Shown here: piece by piece, positions 30,735 to 39,395 of the stretch
How positions within the stretch are numbered: the first letter of the stretch is position 1
Layout: each line of letters opens with the position of its first letter
From: an uncultured Verrucomicrobiae bacterium
Lineage (GTDB): Bacteria; Verrucomicrobiota; Verrucomicrobiia; Methylacidiphilales; UBA1321
NCBI GenBank assembly: GCA_963702985.1
Contig: OY969777.1
Location: 2,662,819-2,726,818, forward strand
Reading direction: 5' to 3'
DNA: 64,000 nt
The notes under the pieces: generated by a model
Seen by the model: only the letters and a program-made list of their open reading frames with translations
The model's database searches: none
What the model was told of the DNA's origin: nothing
Position numbers and translations under genes: made by a program

Positions 30735-32138
30735 ATGGTAATCTCCCTTCCCGTGTCGGATCTTACAAAAATTTTCGGGCAACTTGCCGCCATCCTTCCG
30801 GCGGACCGCATTCTGACCGGCGCGGAAGACCTCATTCCCTATTCCTTCGACGCCACCGCGACGCTTTCGCAACGGCCCCTCGCGGTCGTCCTGGCCGTCA
30901 CCACGGAGGAGGTCTCGCGCATCCTCCGCTGGGCCAACGAAACGCGCACGCCCATTGTTGCGCGCGGCAGCGGCACCGGGCTGGCGGGCGGCAGCGTGCC
31001 CACGGCGGGCTGCGTGGTGCTGTGCCTGGGCCGGTTCGACAAAGTCCTCGAACTGGACCGCCGCAACCTGACGCTGCTGGTCGAGCCGGGCGTAACGACC
31101 CAGACGATTTTCGACCTGGCGGACGACGCGGGGCTTCTCTATCCGCCCGATCCCGGCTCGATGAAAATCTCGACCATCGGCGGCAACGTCTCGTGCAACT
31201 CGGGCGGGCTGCGCGGGCTGAAGTATGGCGTGACGAAGGATTACGTCATGGGCTTCGAGATCGTTCTGCCCGGCGGCGAGGTGGTGTGGATCGGCAACAA
31301 ATGCGTGAAGGACGTGGCCGGCTATTCGCTGCGCGAGGTCTTCATCGGCTCCGAAGGCACGCTCGGCGTCTTCACCAAAATCCTGCTGCGCCTGCTGCCC
31401 AGGCCCGCCGCGAAGAAAACGCTGCTGGCGGTTTATGCGCGGATGGAGGACGCGGCGGAAACCGTCTCGGCGATCATCGCGCACCCGATCATTCCGTGCA
31501 CGCTCGAGTTTCTGGACCGCACGACGATCCATTGCGTCGAGGATTACGCGAAGGTCGGCCTGCCGCGCGAGGCCGAGGCCGTTTTGCTCATGGAAAGCGA
31601 CGGCCATCCGGCGGTCGTGGCCGAGGAGGCGGAGATCATGGCGCGGCTGGCGCGCGAGCACGGCGCGTTGGAGGTGCGCGTGGCCGAAACGGCGGAGGAA
31701 TCGCTGCGCCTCGCCACGGCGCGCCGGTCCGCCTTTGCCGCACTCGCCCGCGTCGCGCCCACGACGATTCTCGAAGACGTCACCGTGCCCCGGAGCGAGC
31801 TGGCGGGCATGGTCGCGTTCATCCAGGCGCTCGCGAAACGGCACGACTTGCGGATCGGCGTTTTCGGTCACATGGGCGACGGCAACCTGCACCCGACGTT
31901 TCTCACCAACGAAAAGAACCTCGATGAAATGCACCGCGTCGAGATGGCCTTCCAGGAGATCGTCACTGAAACCGTGCGGCGCGGCGGGACGATCACGGGC
32001 GAGCATGGCGTCGGGCTCGCGAAAAAGAAATTCCTGCCCGAGTCGGTCGGCGGGCTGAACGTCGAGATCATGCGCAATCTCAAGCGCCTCTTCGACCCGA
32101 ACCTGGTCCTCAATCCGGGCAAGATGTTCGATTGCTGA
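30735..32138 (+). CDS. glcD: FAD-linked oxidase, glycolate oxidase subunit GlcD-like
   Basis: RGSGTGLAGG, YPPDPGS, STIGGN, GSEGTLG, GHMGDGNLHP, GEHGVG, LNPGKM. Confidence 0.88.
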   Translation: MVISLPVSDLTKIFGQLAAILPADRILTGAEDLIPYSFDATATLSQRPLAVVLAVTTEEVSRILRWANETRTPIVARGSGTGLAGGSVPTAGCVVLCLGRFDKVLELDRRNLTLLVEPGVTTQTIFDLADDAGLLYPPDPGSMKISTIGGNVSCNSGGLRGLKYGVTKDYVMGFEIVLPGGEVVWIGNKCVKDVAGYSLREVFIGSEGTLGVFTKILLRLLPRPAAKKTLLAVYARMEDAAETVSAIIAHPIIPCTLEFLDRTTIHCVEDYAKVGLPREAEAVLLMESDGHPAVVAEEAEIMARLAREHGALEVRVAETAEESLRLATARRSAFAALARVAPTTILEDVTVPRSELAGMVAFIQALAKRHDLRIGVFGHMGDGNLHPTFLTNEKNLDEMHRVEMAFQEIVTETVRRGGTITGEHGVGLAKKKFLPESVGGLNVEIMRNLKRLFDPNLVLNPGKMFDC

Positions 32139-32148
32139 GGGGGCCGGG

Positions 32149-32412
32149 TTAATCGTAAACGTCGCGGCGATGGCCGACTTTCACCACGAGAACGATCAGC
32201 TTCTCATTCTGGATAAGACATACCATCCGGTAGTCACCCACACGATAACGCCACGCTCCCTTGATCGAAAGGTAGGGCTTGCCGAAACGGCGCGGGTCTT
32301 CAACTGACTCCAAATTCTTGGCGATATATTTTTCAATGTCCCGCTGTGCCGATTTTCCGAGCTTGGAAAACTGCTTTTCCGCCGCTGGATCGAAGAAAAC
32401 CTGCCACTTCAC
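32149..32412 (-). CDS. RelE/ParE family toxin
   Basis: DPRRFGKP...WRYRVGDYRMVC...VGHRRDVY. Confidence 0.9.
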   Translation of the reverse strand: MKWQVFFDPAAEKQFSKLGKSAQRDIEKYIAKNLESVEDPRRFGKPYLSIKGAWRYRVGDYRMVCLIQNEKLIVLVVKVGHRRDVYD

Positions 32413-32591
32413 AGGCTATATTTTTTCCTGATCTCCGACATGGGGATGGGCTTGCCCGGATTTTCCAGCACCGCCAACACGTCGGATAAATCGTCGGCAT
32501 CCTCCATCGCTTCGCGCAAAGCGCGGGCCACCTCTTTCATCTCATCGAGCGAGAGATTGGGCACTTCCTTGACGATTTCCGCGACACTCAT
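32409..32591 (-). CDS. Cognate antitoxin
   Basis: 60 aa, EDADDL...IPMSEIRKKYSL; 4-bp overlap with the toxin. Confidence 0.75.
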   Translation of the reverse strand: MSVAEIVKEVPNLSLDEMKEVARALREAMEDADDLSDVLAVLENPGKPIPMSEIRKKYSL

Positions 32592-32650
32592 ACATTTTGA
32601 CTCTAATCCGGCCCCTCTAAAGGGTCAACGGCAATTCGGGTAGTGGTACC

Positions 32651-34038
32651 TGTTGCCTCAAAAGTTTTGACACCCGGGGAATAGGTCAAGGGTTGGGGAA
32701 AAAGGGACGTTGACTCAAAAAGGATGACACCGACAACCGAAAGGATGTCGATGAGTCAAAAGATACGGGAAGAGATGTTGCCGCGCTTGCGGCAGAGGTA
32801 TGCGAGCCGAGGGGTGGAAGGCCGCAGCCGGATGATCACGGAACTCTGCGAGCAGTTTGGCTACAGCCGAAAGCACGCGATTAAATTGCTGGGAGCCAAA
32901 GTTGGCTGGGGAGGCGATCCGTTGGTGCGCAAAGGGCGTCCAGCGCTCTACGGCCCGCAGGTTGCGGACGTGTTGCTGCGTATCTGGAAGGCATCGGAGC
33001 AACCGTGCGGCAAGCGTCTGGTGGAGATGCTGGCGCTCTGGTTGCCTTATGATGAGACCGAGCACGGCAAGCTGGCTCCCGCGGTGCGCAAAAAAGTGCT
33101 CTCCATCAGCCCGGCCCAGGCGATCGGTTATTAGCCCCACACAAGGCCGGCACGCGGCGCGGGCGTTGCGGCACCAAACCGGGAGGCTTGCTTAAGCACC
33201 AGATCCCGATCCGCACGGACAACTGGGACGTGACCGTGCCGGGTTATCTGGAGGCCGACACGGTGGCCCACTGCGGCGAGTCGCTGGAGGGAGAGTTCAT
33301 CTGGAGCGTGACCTTCACCGATATTTATAGCGGCTGGACGGCCAACCGCGCGGTTTGGAACAAAGGGGCCGCCGGGGTGGTGGAGGCCACCCGCAACGTG
33401 GAGGCGGCGCTGCCCTTCGCCGTGCTTGGCTTTGACTGCGACAACGGCAGCGAGTTCCTCAACTGGCACTTGGTAAGTTACTTTGCCCAGAGGGAAAACA
33501 AGGTCGGCTTCACCCGATCACGGCCTTACCACAAAAACGACAACGGCCACGTTGAACAGAAGAACTGGACGCACATGCGGCAGTTGCTCGGCTATGACCG
33601 GCTCGAAGACCCCGCGTTGCGCGAAGACATCAATGCCCTCTACCGGGATATCTGGGAGCCGTTCCACAACTATTTTTGTCCCTCAGCCAAACTCCTGAGC
33701 AAGGACCGTCATGGAGCCAAAATCAAACGCCGCCACGACCGCCCCATGACGCCCTGCGACCGGCTCCTGGCCAGTCCAGATGTGAGTGCCGCCAGCAAGA
33801 AAAAGCTGCGCCAAACCCGCGCCGCCCTCAACCCCTTCGACCTGCAAAGACGACTCAACGTCGCCCTGCGTCCGATCCTGCAACGGGCGCTGCGTTCCAG
33901 TCGCCCTACGGGCTCCTTGCACTGCGCGCCCGTTGCAGCTACACCCCAATTGAAACTATAACCACGGTGTCATGACTTATGAGTCAACGACTCCCGTCCC
34001 TCAGCACCCCTCGGGTGTCATTTACTTTTGAGGCAACA
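32651..34038. mobile_element. Insertion sequence, IS481/IS1202-like (rve-type DDE), 1388 bp
   Basis: TIR TGTTGCCTCAAAAGT...ACTTTTGAGGCAACA with duplicated internal end sites; no target duplication visible. Confidence 0.85.
32724..33961 (+). pseudogene. Transposase/integrase-core protein, one-base deletion near 33121
   Basis: GYSRKHAIKLL, PCGKRL, PGYLEADTVAHCG, DCDNGSEF, SRPYHKNDNGHVEQKN in two frames. Confidence 0.8.
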
Positions 34039-34057
34039 AGGGTACAGTTTGAGCCGC

Positions 34058-34483
34058 CTATGCAGGAGGCGAGTGTAAGAAATAGGCGCAACTGGCTAGA
34101 TTCAAAATTAGGATGCCTCCAAGTATCCACATCAGGATCAGGAAGGAACGACGCTGACGGACGCACAGAGTCAAGATGAAATGGATGATATAAGTGGCCC
34201 ACGGAAGAATGATTGCAACCGTCCAGACGCAATTTTCCAAGGTCTGTCTCGCTGATGTAATACTGCCGTCTGGATTGTTTGGCATGTGCGGAGTCAACGC
34301 ACCAACGAAACAAACAATTCCCCACTCCATTGCCATGGGAAACAGCGGCCACGCCTGCCAGTCTATCTTTAGGGCCCACGGAATCAGGGGCAACTGGGCC
34401 GCGAAATAAATGCCAAACCACCAGAGCAGTCGGGTTCCAAGTGGCGGAGAGTAAGAGAATTTTAACAGCTTGTCTTTGGCCAC
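34058..34483 (-). CDS. Hypothetical membrane protein, lower GC
   Basis: 141 aa ORF with about 4 hydrophobic segments. Confidence 0.55.
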   Translation of the reverse strand: MAKDKLLKFSYSPPLGTRLLWWFGIYFAAQLPLIPWALKIDWQAWPLFPMAMEWGIVCFVGALTPHMPNNPDGSITSARQTLENCVWTVAIILPWATYIIHFILTLCVRQRRSFLILMWILGGILILNLASCAYFLHSPPA

Positions 34484-34590
34484 CTAATCAACCTACCAGC
34501 GCAATAACTTCTTCCAAGCTCCAAACGTGATCGGCCACGCCAGCTTCCATCGCGGGAGGAAAGAAAAAGGGAACGAGGAGAGATGTCTTG

Positions 34591-34816
34591 CAACCCCGAA
34601 GGGGTTGCGATCATTCAGCCCAGGGTTGGCGCGACAGCGCCTACCCTGGGTATTCGTTCCAAGCGGCCCAACCCTGTAAGGGTTGAATATATATATATAA
34701 CCGTTGGGACAGATTCGATTCAACCCTTGCAGGGTTGACTATTGATCGGATGAATACCCATGGTAGCTCGTTCCGAGCAACCCTGGGCTATATGATTCCA
34801 ATCCTTTCAGGATTGG
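34591..34816. repeat. Free REP cluster (AACCCYGAAGGGGTT / CAGCCCAGGGTTG / CTACCCTGGG hairpins)
   Basis: Same modules as inside MITE B but without the TIRs. Confidence 0.75.
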
Positions 34817-35016
34817 GGAGGCATTTCCGGAGGGAGTTTAAGGTTGGCGCGAAATGGAATTTCGCGAGGAACATGCAGCGTTTCCAAGCGCAACTTGGGA
34901 ACGAGGGGAAAACTTGGAAACGAGGACAGAGCGACGGTTCCCTCGGCTTCCCCCTTCGACTCCGCTCAGGGCGCGGCTTGCTGCCGCGGCTACTGAAGGA
35001 CAGGCTCCGACCGCCG

Positions 35017-35928
35017 CTACGGCAGAACCACCCTCGCCCGCGCGGCATCCTCGGCGATTTGCGCCTTGAGCGCGTCCGCGTTGGCAAACGGCTGCTCGTC
35101 GCGGAGCCAGGCCATGTCCGAGACCCAGAGCTTTTGGTCATAGAGATCGGCATCGAAATCGAGGATGTGCACTTCGAGGGAATCGACGCCGTTGGAGGTG
35201 AACGTGGGCCGGTTGCCGAGGTTCATCACCGCGCGGTACTTGGTGAGATTGCCGGCGACGCGCGCGCGCACGGCATAGACCCCGCGCGGCGGAAGAAGCT
35301 GCTCCACGTTCGCGAGATTCGCCGTGGGAAAGCCGAGCAGCCTTCCCCGTTCCTCGCCGTGGATGACCCTGCCCGTGACCGCGTAGGAACGCCCGAGCAA
35401 GCCGGCCGCCTCGTCGAAGCGCCTCTGGAGAATGGCCTCGCGAATCCGCGTGCTGCTGACCGGCGCGCCGTCGAGCTGCACCGGCGCGATGGCCTTGACG
35501 GTGAAGCCGTGCGCGCGCGCCAACCCGGCCAGGCGCGCGGCGTTGCCCTCGCGGTTGCGGCCGAAGGACCAGCTTTCACCGATGGCCACGTGCTTTAAAT
35601 CGGGGAAAATGCGGGCGATCTCGCCGACGAAAGCGGCGGCCGAAAGTTCGCGCAATGCGGCATCGAACTTGACGGCGATGACCGCGACGGTGCCCTGCGC
35701 GCGCATGTAGGCGACCTTCTGTTCGAGGGTGGTCAGGCGCGGCGGCACGCGGTTCGGGGCGATGACGGCCAGCGGGTGCGGCTCGAACGTCAGGGCGGCG
35801 ATTTTGCCATCGAGGCTGCGCACAACGGCCTGGTGGCCGAGATGGACGCCGTCGAAGACGCCGATGGCGAGGCCGGTCACGCCGGGATGCGGGGCGAGTT
35901 GGGAGAGAGGGACGGGGCCGATGAGCAT
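35017..35928 (-). CDS. ribF: Bifunctional riboflavin kinase/FAD synthetase
   Basis: GVFDGVHLGHQ, VSSTRIR, GFPTAN, NLGNRPTF, LEVHILDF. Confidence 0.95.
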   Translation of the reverse strand: MLIGPVPLSQLAPHPGVTGLAIGVFDGVHLGHQAVVRSLDGKIAALTFEPHPLAVIAPNRVPPRLTTLEQKVAYMRAQGTVAVIAVKFDAALRELSAAAFVGEIARIFPDLKHVAIGESWSFGRNREGNAARLAGLARAHGFTVKAIAPVQLDGAPVSSTRIREAILQRRFDEAAGLLGRSYAVTGRVIHGEERGRLLGFPTANLANVEQLLPPRGVYAVRARVAGNLTKYRAVMNLGNRPTFTSNGVDSLEVHILDFDADLYDQKLWVSDMAWLRDEQPFANADALKAQIAEDAARARVVLP

Positions 35929-35934
35929 TTTAAT

Positions 35935-35959
35935 GTAGCGGCGGTCTATGACCGTCGCT
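35935..35959. repeat. Single GTAG-REP hairpin
   Basis: GTAGCGGCGGTCTATGACCGTCGCT. Confidence 0.65.
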
Positions 35960-35991
35960 GATATAATTTATATAATAGGGTGATTCTCCTA

Positions 35992-36300
35992 GGGCCTGTG
36001 AACACTCATGTCGGTTGTCAGCGGCAACCCCAACGGGGTTGCTATCACTCAGCCCAGGGTTGGCGCAGCAGCGCCTACCCTGGGGAGGTTGAGAAACATA
36101 CAACCCTGAAAGGGTTGAAGCCGTCTTAACGGTGGTGGACTGATTCAACCCTTTCAGGGTTGGTCCTCTTTGCCGTTGACCCAGGGTAGGCGCGTGGGAC
36201 GTTGTCCCCCGCGCCAACCCTGGGCTGAGTGACGGCCATCCTTTCAGGATGGCTTTTCCGAGCACGAGCGATCTGTCCATAAGATAGTGTTAACAGGCCC
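35992..36300. mobile_element. MITE family B, copy 2 (309 bp), between truB and ribF
   Basis: cTA|GGGCCTGTGAACACT...AGTGTTAACAGGCCC|TAg, TA duplication within CTAG. Confidence 0.85.
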
Positions 36301-36360
36301 TAGTCGCTTCCTGTCGCTTGCGGCGACCGGGACAACGAAGTAGTGCGGGCACCCAAGAGT

Positions 36361-37074
36361 TTATCTCCGCCGCAGGCGCGAAACCTCCGGAAGGGTGAGC
36401 AGCGAGGGGAGCAGCGCCTGCGCGTCGGTCGTCTTTTGCAACGCGTCCCAACTCATCGCGCGTTCGAGGGAAAAGTTGCCCGACTTGAGCCGGCTGAGCT
36501 GCACCAGGTGCGCGCCGCAGCCGAGGTCCTGCCCGATGTCGTGGCAATAGGTGCGGACGTAAAAGCCCTTGCTGCATTGAATTCGAAATTTGATCAGCGG
36601 CAGCGTTACGTCGTCGATGGAGTATGAACTGATGTGGACGAGCCGCGGCTCGCGTTCCACCGTTTTCCCGGCCCGGGCCAGTTTATAGAGCGGCACGCCG
36701 CCCTGCTTGAGGGCCGAGACCATGGGCGGGACTTGATAAAAATCGCCGGTGTATTTCTTGAAGGCGGCTTCGAGCTGCGCGCGTGTGAGGTCGGGCACGG
36801 GCTTTTCCTCGAGCGTTTTGCCGTCGGCGTCCTGCGAATCGGTAACCACGCCGAGCTTCATCGTCGCGGCGTATTCCTTGTCCTCGGCCATGAGCAAGTC
36901 CTGGATTTTGGTCGCCTTGCCGATGACCAGCATGAGCAGCCCCGTGGCCAGCGGATCGAGCGTTCCGCAATGGCCGACTTTTTTGAAATGAAAGCGGTTG
37001 CGCACGTAATCCACCACGTCGTGCGAGGTGCATCCGCTCGGTTTGTCGATGAGGAGAACGCCGTCTGCTTCCAT
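36361..37074 (-). CDS. truB: tRNA pseudouridine(55) synthase
   Basis: IDKPSG.TSHDVV, GHCGTLDPLATG, CSKGFYVR. Confidence 0.95.
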   Translation of the reverse strand: MEADGVLLIDKPSGCTSHDVVDYVRNRFHFKKVGHCGTLDPLATGLLMLVIGKATKIQDLLMAEDKEYAATMKLGVVTDSQDADGKTLEEKPVPDLTRAQLEAAFKKYTGDFYQVPPMVSALKQGGVPLYKLARAGKTVEREPRLVHISSYSIDDVTLPLIKFRIQCSKGFYVRTYCHDIGQDLGCGAHLVQLSRLKSGNFSLERAMSWDALQKTTDAQALLPSLLTLPEVSRLRRR

Positions 37075-37193
37075 AATTTATTTTCTGTTGTCATCCTTGC
37101 TGAGCTTGCCGCACGCGCGTGTGGCGGTATCAGCTCCGCCTGAGCCAAAGGCAGCCGAACTGATCCTTCGACCAGCTCAGGATGACGGACTTT

Positions 37194-38168
37194 TCAAGTG
37201 GGCAATTGTTTCGCGATCAAATCCAGCAATTTATTTTCCAGCTCGGCGGGATCGAGCTTCGTCCTCAAGCCGGCGGCCAGCCGATGTCCGCCGCCCGCGA
37301 ATTCCCGGCAAATCCGCTGAACGTCGACGGCGCCGCGCGAGCGCATGCTGGCGCGGGTGAGGCCGTCGGGCAGCGCCTCGAGAACAAAGGCGACCTCGAC
37401 GGTTTTCACGGCCTGCAAAAATTCGATGAGGCCCTCCGTCTCATCGGGGCGGGCGCCGCTGCGGGCGAACATTTCCGGCGTCAGGTAAAACCAGGCGACC
37501 CGGTTGCGGCTGGCAAAGTGGATGGCCTGGAAGACCTCTCCGATCAGCAACAACCGTTCGGCGCGAAAGCTCTGGTAGCAGGCCTCGGCCAGGGCGGTCG
37601 GATCGGCGCCCGCCTCGACCAGGCGGGCCGCGACTTCGAACGTGTGCGCCGTCGTCTGCCGGTAGCGGAAGTTGCCGGTATCGGTCATGAGTCCGACGTA
37701 AAGATTCGCCGCGACGTCGGGCGTGAGCGGCCATTTCAACGCGGTGATGATTTCATACAGGACCTGGGCCGTGGCGGGCGAGTTCGCATCGACGAGGTTC
37801 AACTTTCCATAACCGGAATTGCTGACGTGATGATCGATATTCACATCGGGCGCGCGCCGCCATTGGTCGAAAGCCGCGCCGAGCCGCTTGCCGTCCGCGC
37901 AGTCGACCGCGATGATCAACCGGTCCGGCTCGGGCGCGCCGGGGAGAGTCGCGGTGAGGCCGCCGCTTTCCGGCAAAAATTCAAAAAGAGGGGACAATCC
38001 GTCCGCGTTGACGACCTGGACATCGTTGCGCATGGCACGCAGGCTGAGCGCGAGGCCAAGGGTCGAGCCGTAGGCGTCGCCATCGGGGCGAACGTGTGAA
38101 ATCACCAGAAAGCGCTCGTGCCGGTCGCAGACTTCCTGGAGGGAGGCGAGTAAATCGGGATGGATCAT
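37194..38168 (-). CDS. nrnA: DHH family oligoribonuclease/PAP phosphatase
   Basis: HVRPDGDAYGS, NIDHH, TDTGNF, GGGH. Confidence 0.9.
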   Translation of the reverse strand: MIHPDLLASLQEVCDRHERFLVISHVRPDGDAYGSTLGLALSLRAMRNDVQVVNADGLSPLFEFLPESGGLTATLPGAPEPDRLIIAVDCADGKRLGAAFDQWRRAPDVNIDHHVSNSGYGKLNLVDANSPATAQVLYEIITALKWPLTPDVAANLYVGLMTDTGNFRYRQTTAHTFEVAARLVEAGADPTALAEACYQSFRAERLLLIGEVFQAIHFASRNRVAWFYLTPEMFARSGARPDETEGLIEFLQAVKTVEVAFVLEALPDGLTRASMRSRGAVDVQRICREFAGGGHRLAAGLRTKLDPAELENKLLDLIAKQLPT

Positions 38169-38270
38169 GATTGGAAAACCTCAACGAATAGGAGGGATGG
38201 GCAAGGGAGTCGATCTCTTATATCTCTCCGGGTTAAACGCCCGCCGCCTCACGGCTGCTGCTTGGGAGTT

Positions 38271-39308
38271 CTAATGCGCCCCGTGCGGAAGGAGGAAGAA
38301 ATAATAACAGGCCCCGCCGATAATCACCAGGACGAGGAACGCGGCGACGTAAAGCCAGACGTTCGTCTGTTTCTCAGGCTCGGGTTTTGCCAGGTCGCTG
38401 TAGCTGATGGCGGACTCTCCCTTCACATAGGCGCTGTCATCCTTGACCTCGCTTTCCTCGGTGGAGGGGCGGGGGCGCGCCGAGGGGAGTTTCACCGTCT
38501 GGTAGAAAAGAGCCCCGCTTGAGGCCTGGGCCTTGAGCTGCCCTGATTCCGGCCGGAGCAGGGGCTTTTGCGGGGCGAGCAATTTCGGGCGTTTGACGCC
38601 CGGCTCGAACTTGATCTGGACGGCGCCGATGTCGATGAGATCGCCCGGACGCAAAACCACCTCGCTGATGGCCTCGCCGTTGACCAAGGTGCCGTTGGAA
38701 GAGTTGAGATCGCGTAAAACGACATCCGGGCCGCTTAGGATAAAAATACAATGCCGGTTGGAGACCGACGGATAGGGCAGGGAGATTTCATTGCCGGAAG
38801 CCCGGCCAGCGTGGGTGTATTCCAACTCCAACTCATAGACGACCGGGGGCAGATCGGGCCGCGTCACGGTCAGCTTGGGCTGATTGTCTTGGACCCGAAT
38901 AGTCAGCGGTTCGGCCGTGGTTATCGCGCCCGCGGATGGTTTCGGTTTCGCCATGCCCACATCCGCGCGGCGCGCCCCTTCAAAAAGAAGCTGCTCCCAA
39001 GTCAGCGTCACGGTCTTTTTGTGCGGGAGAATGCCCTCATTGAGGGTGAACCCGCCTCCGGGCCACGTAAGCATGGAATAGACGGCTTCCTCGCCTTCGG
39101 TTGAGCCGCAGAGGGCGTGGAGCACCCGGCCTTGCTGGATGTAAATGAAGCCATAGGATTCGCCGGAGTGGAAGGTGATCTGGCCGCTGCGCCGGCTGAG
39201 ACAGCACATTTGCAGCACCTCGGGCAATCCCATCTCGGATTGGGCGCTAAAGCCCGAAGTGGATGACGGATCCGCGCTCGATGCCTGGTTGCTATTGGGG
39301 AGGCTCAT
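38271..39308 (-). CDS. DUF4388 (PatA-N-like) + FHA domain protein with C-terminal membrane anchor
   Basis: LPEVLQM...SGQI...GFIYIQQGRVLHA...GEEAVYSMLTW (DUF4388); GR...SVSNRH...DLNSSNGTLVNG (FHA); hydrophobic C-terminus. Confidence 0.85.
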   Translation of the reverse strand: MSLPNSNQASSADPSSTSGFSAQSEMGLPEVLQMCCLSRRSGQITFHSGESYGFIYIQQGRVLHALCGSTEGEEAVYSMLTWPGGGFTLNEGILPHKKTVTLTWEQLLFEGARRADVGMAKPKPSAGAITTAEPLTIRVQDNQPKLTVTRPDLPPVVYELELEYTHAGRASGNEISLPYPSVSNRHCIFILSGPDVVLRDLNSSNGTLVNGEAISEVVLRPGDLIDIGAVQIKFEPGVKRPKLLAPQKPLLRPESGQLKAQASSGALFYQTVKLPSARPRPSTEESEVKDDSAYVKGESAISYSDLAKPEPEKQTNVWLYVAAFLVLVIIGGACYYFFLLPHGAH

Positions 39309-39395
39309 TGCGTCGATAATTGCAGTTGCAAGTAGAAGATAATAGTGCACCATCAATCGAGCTTTACAAGCTCAGCTCAACAAATACCCCTGCAT

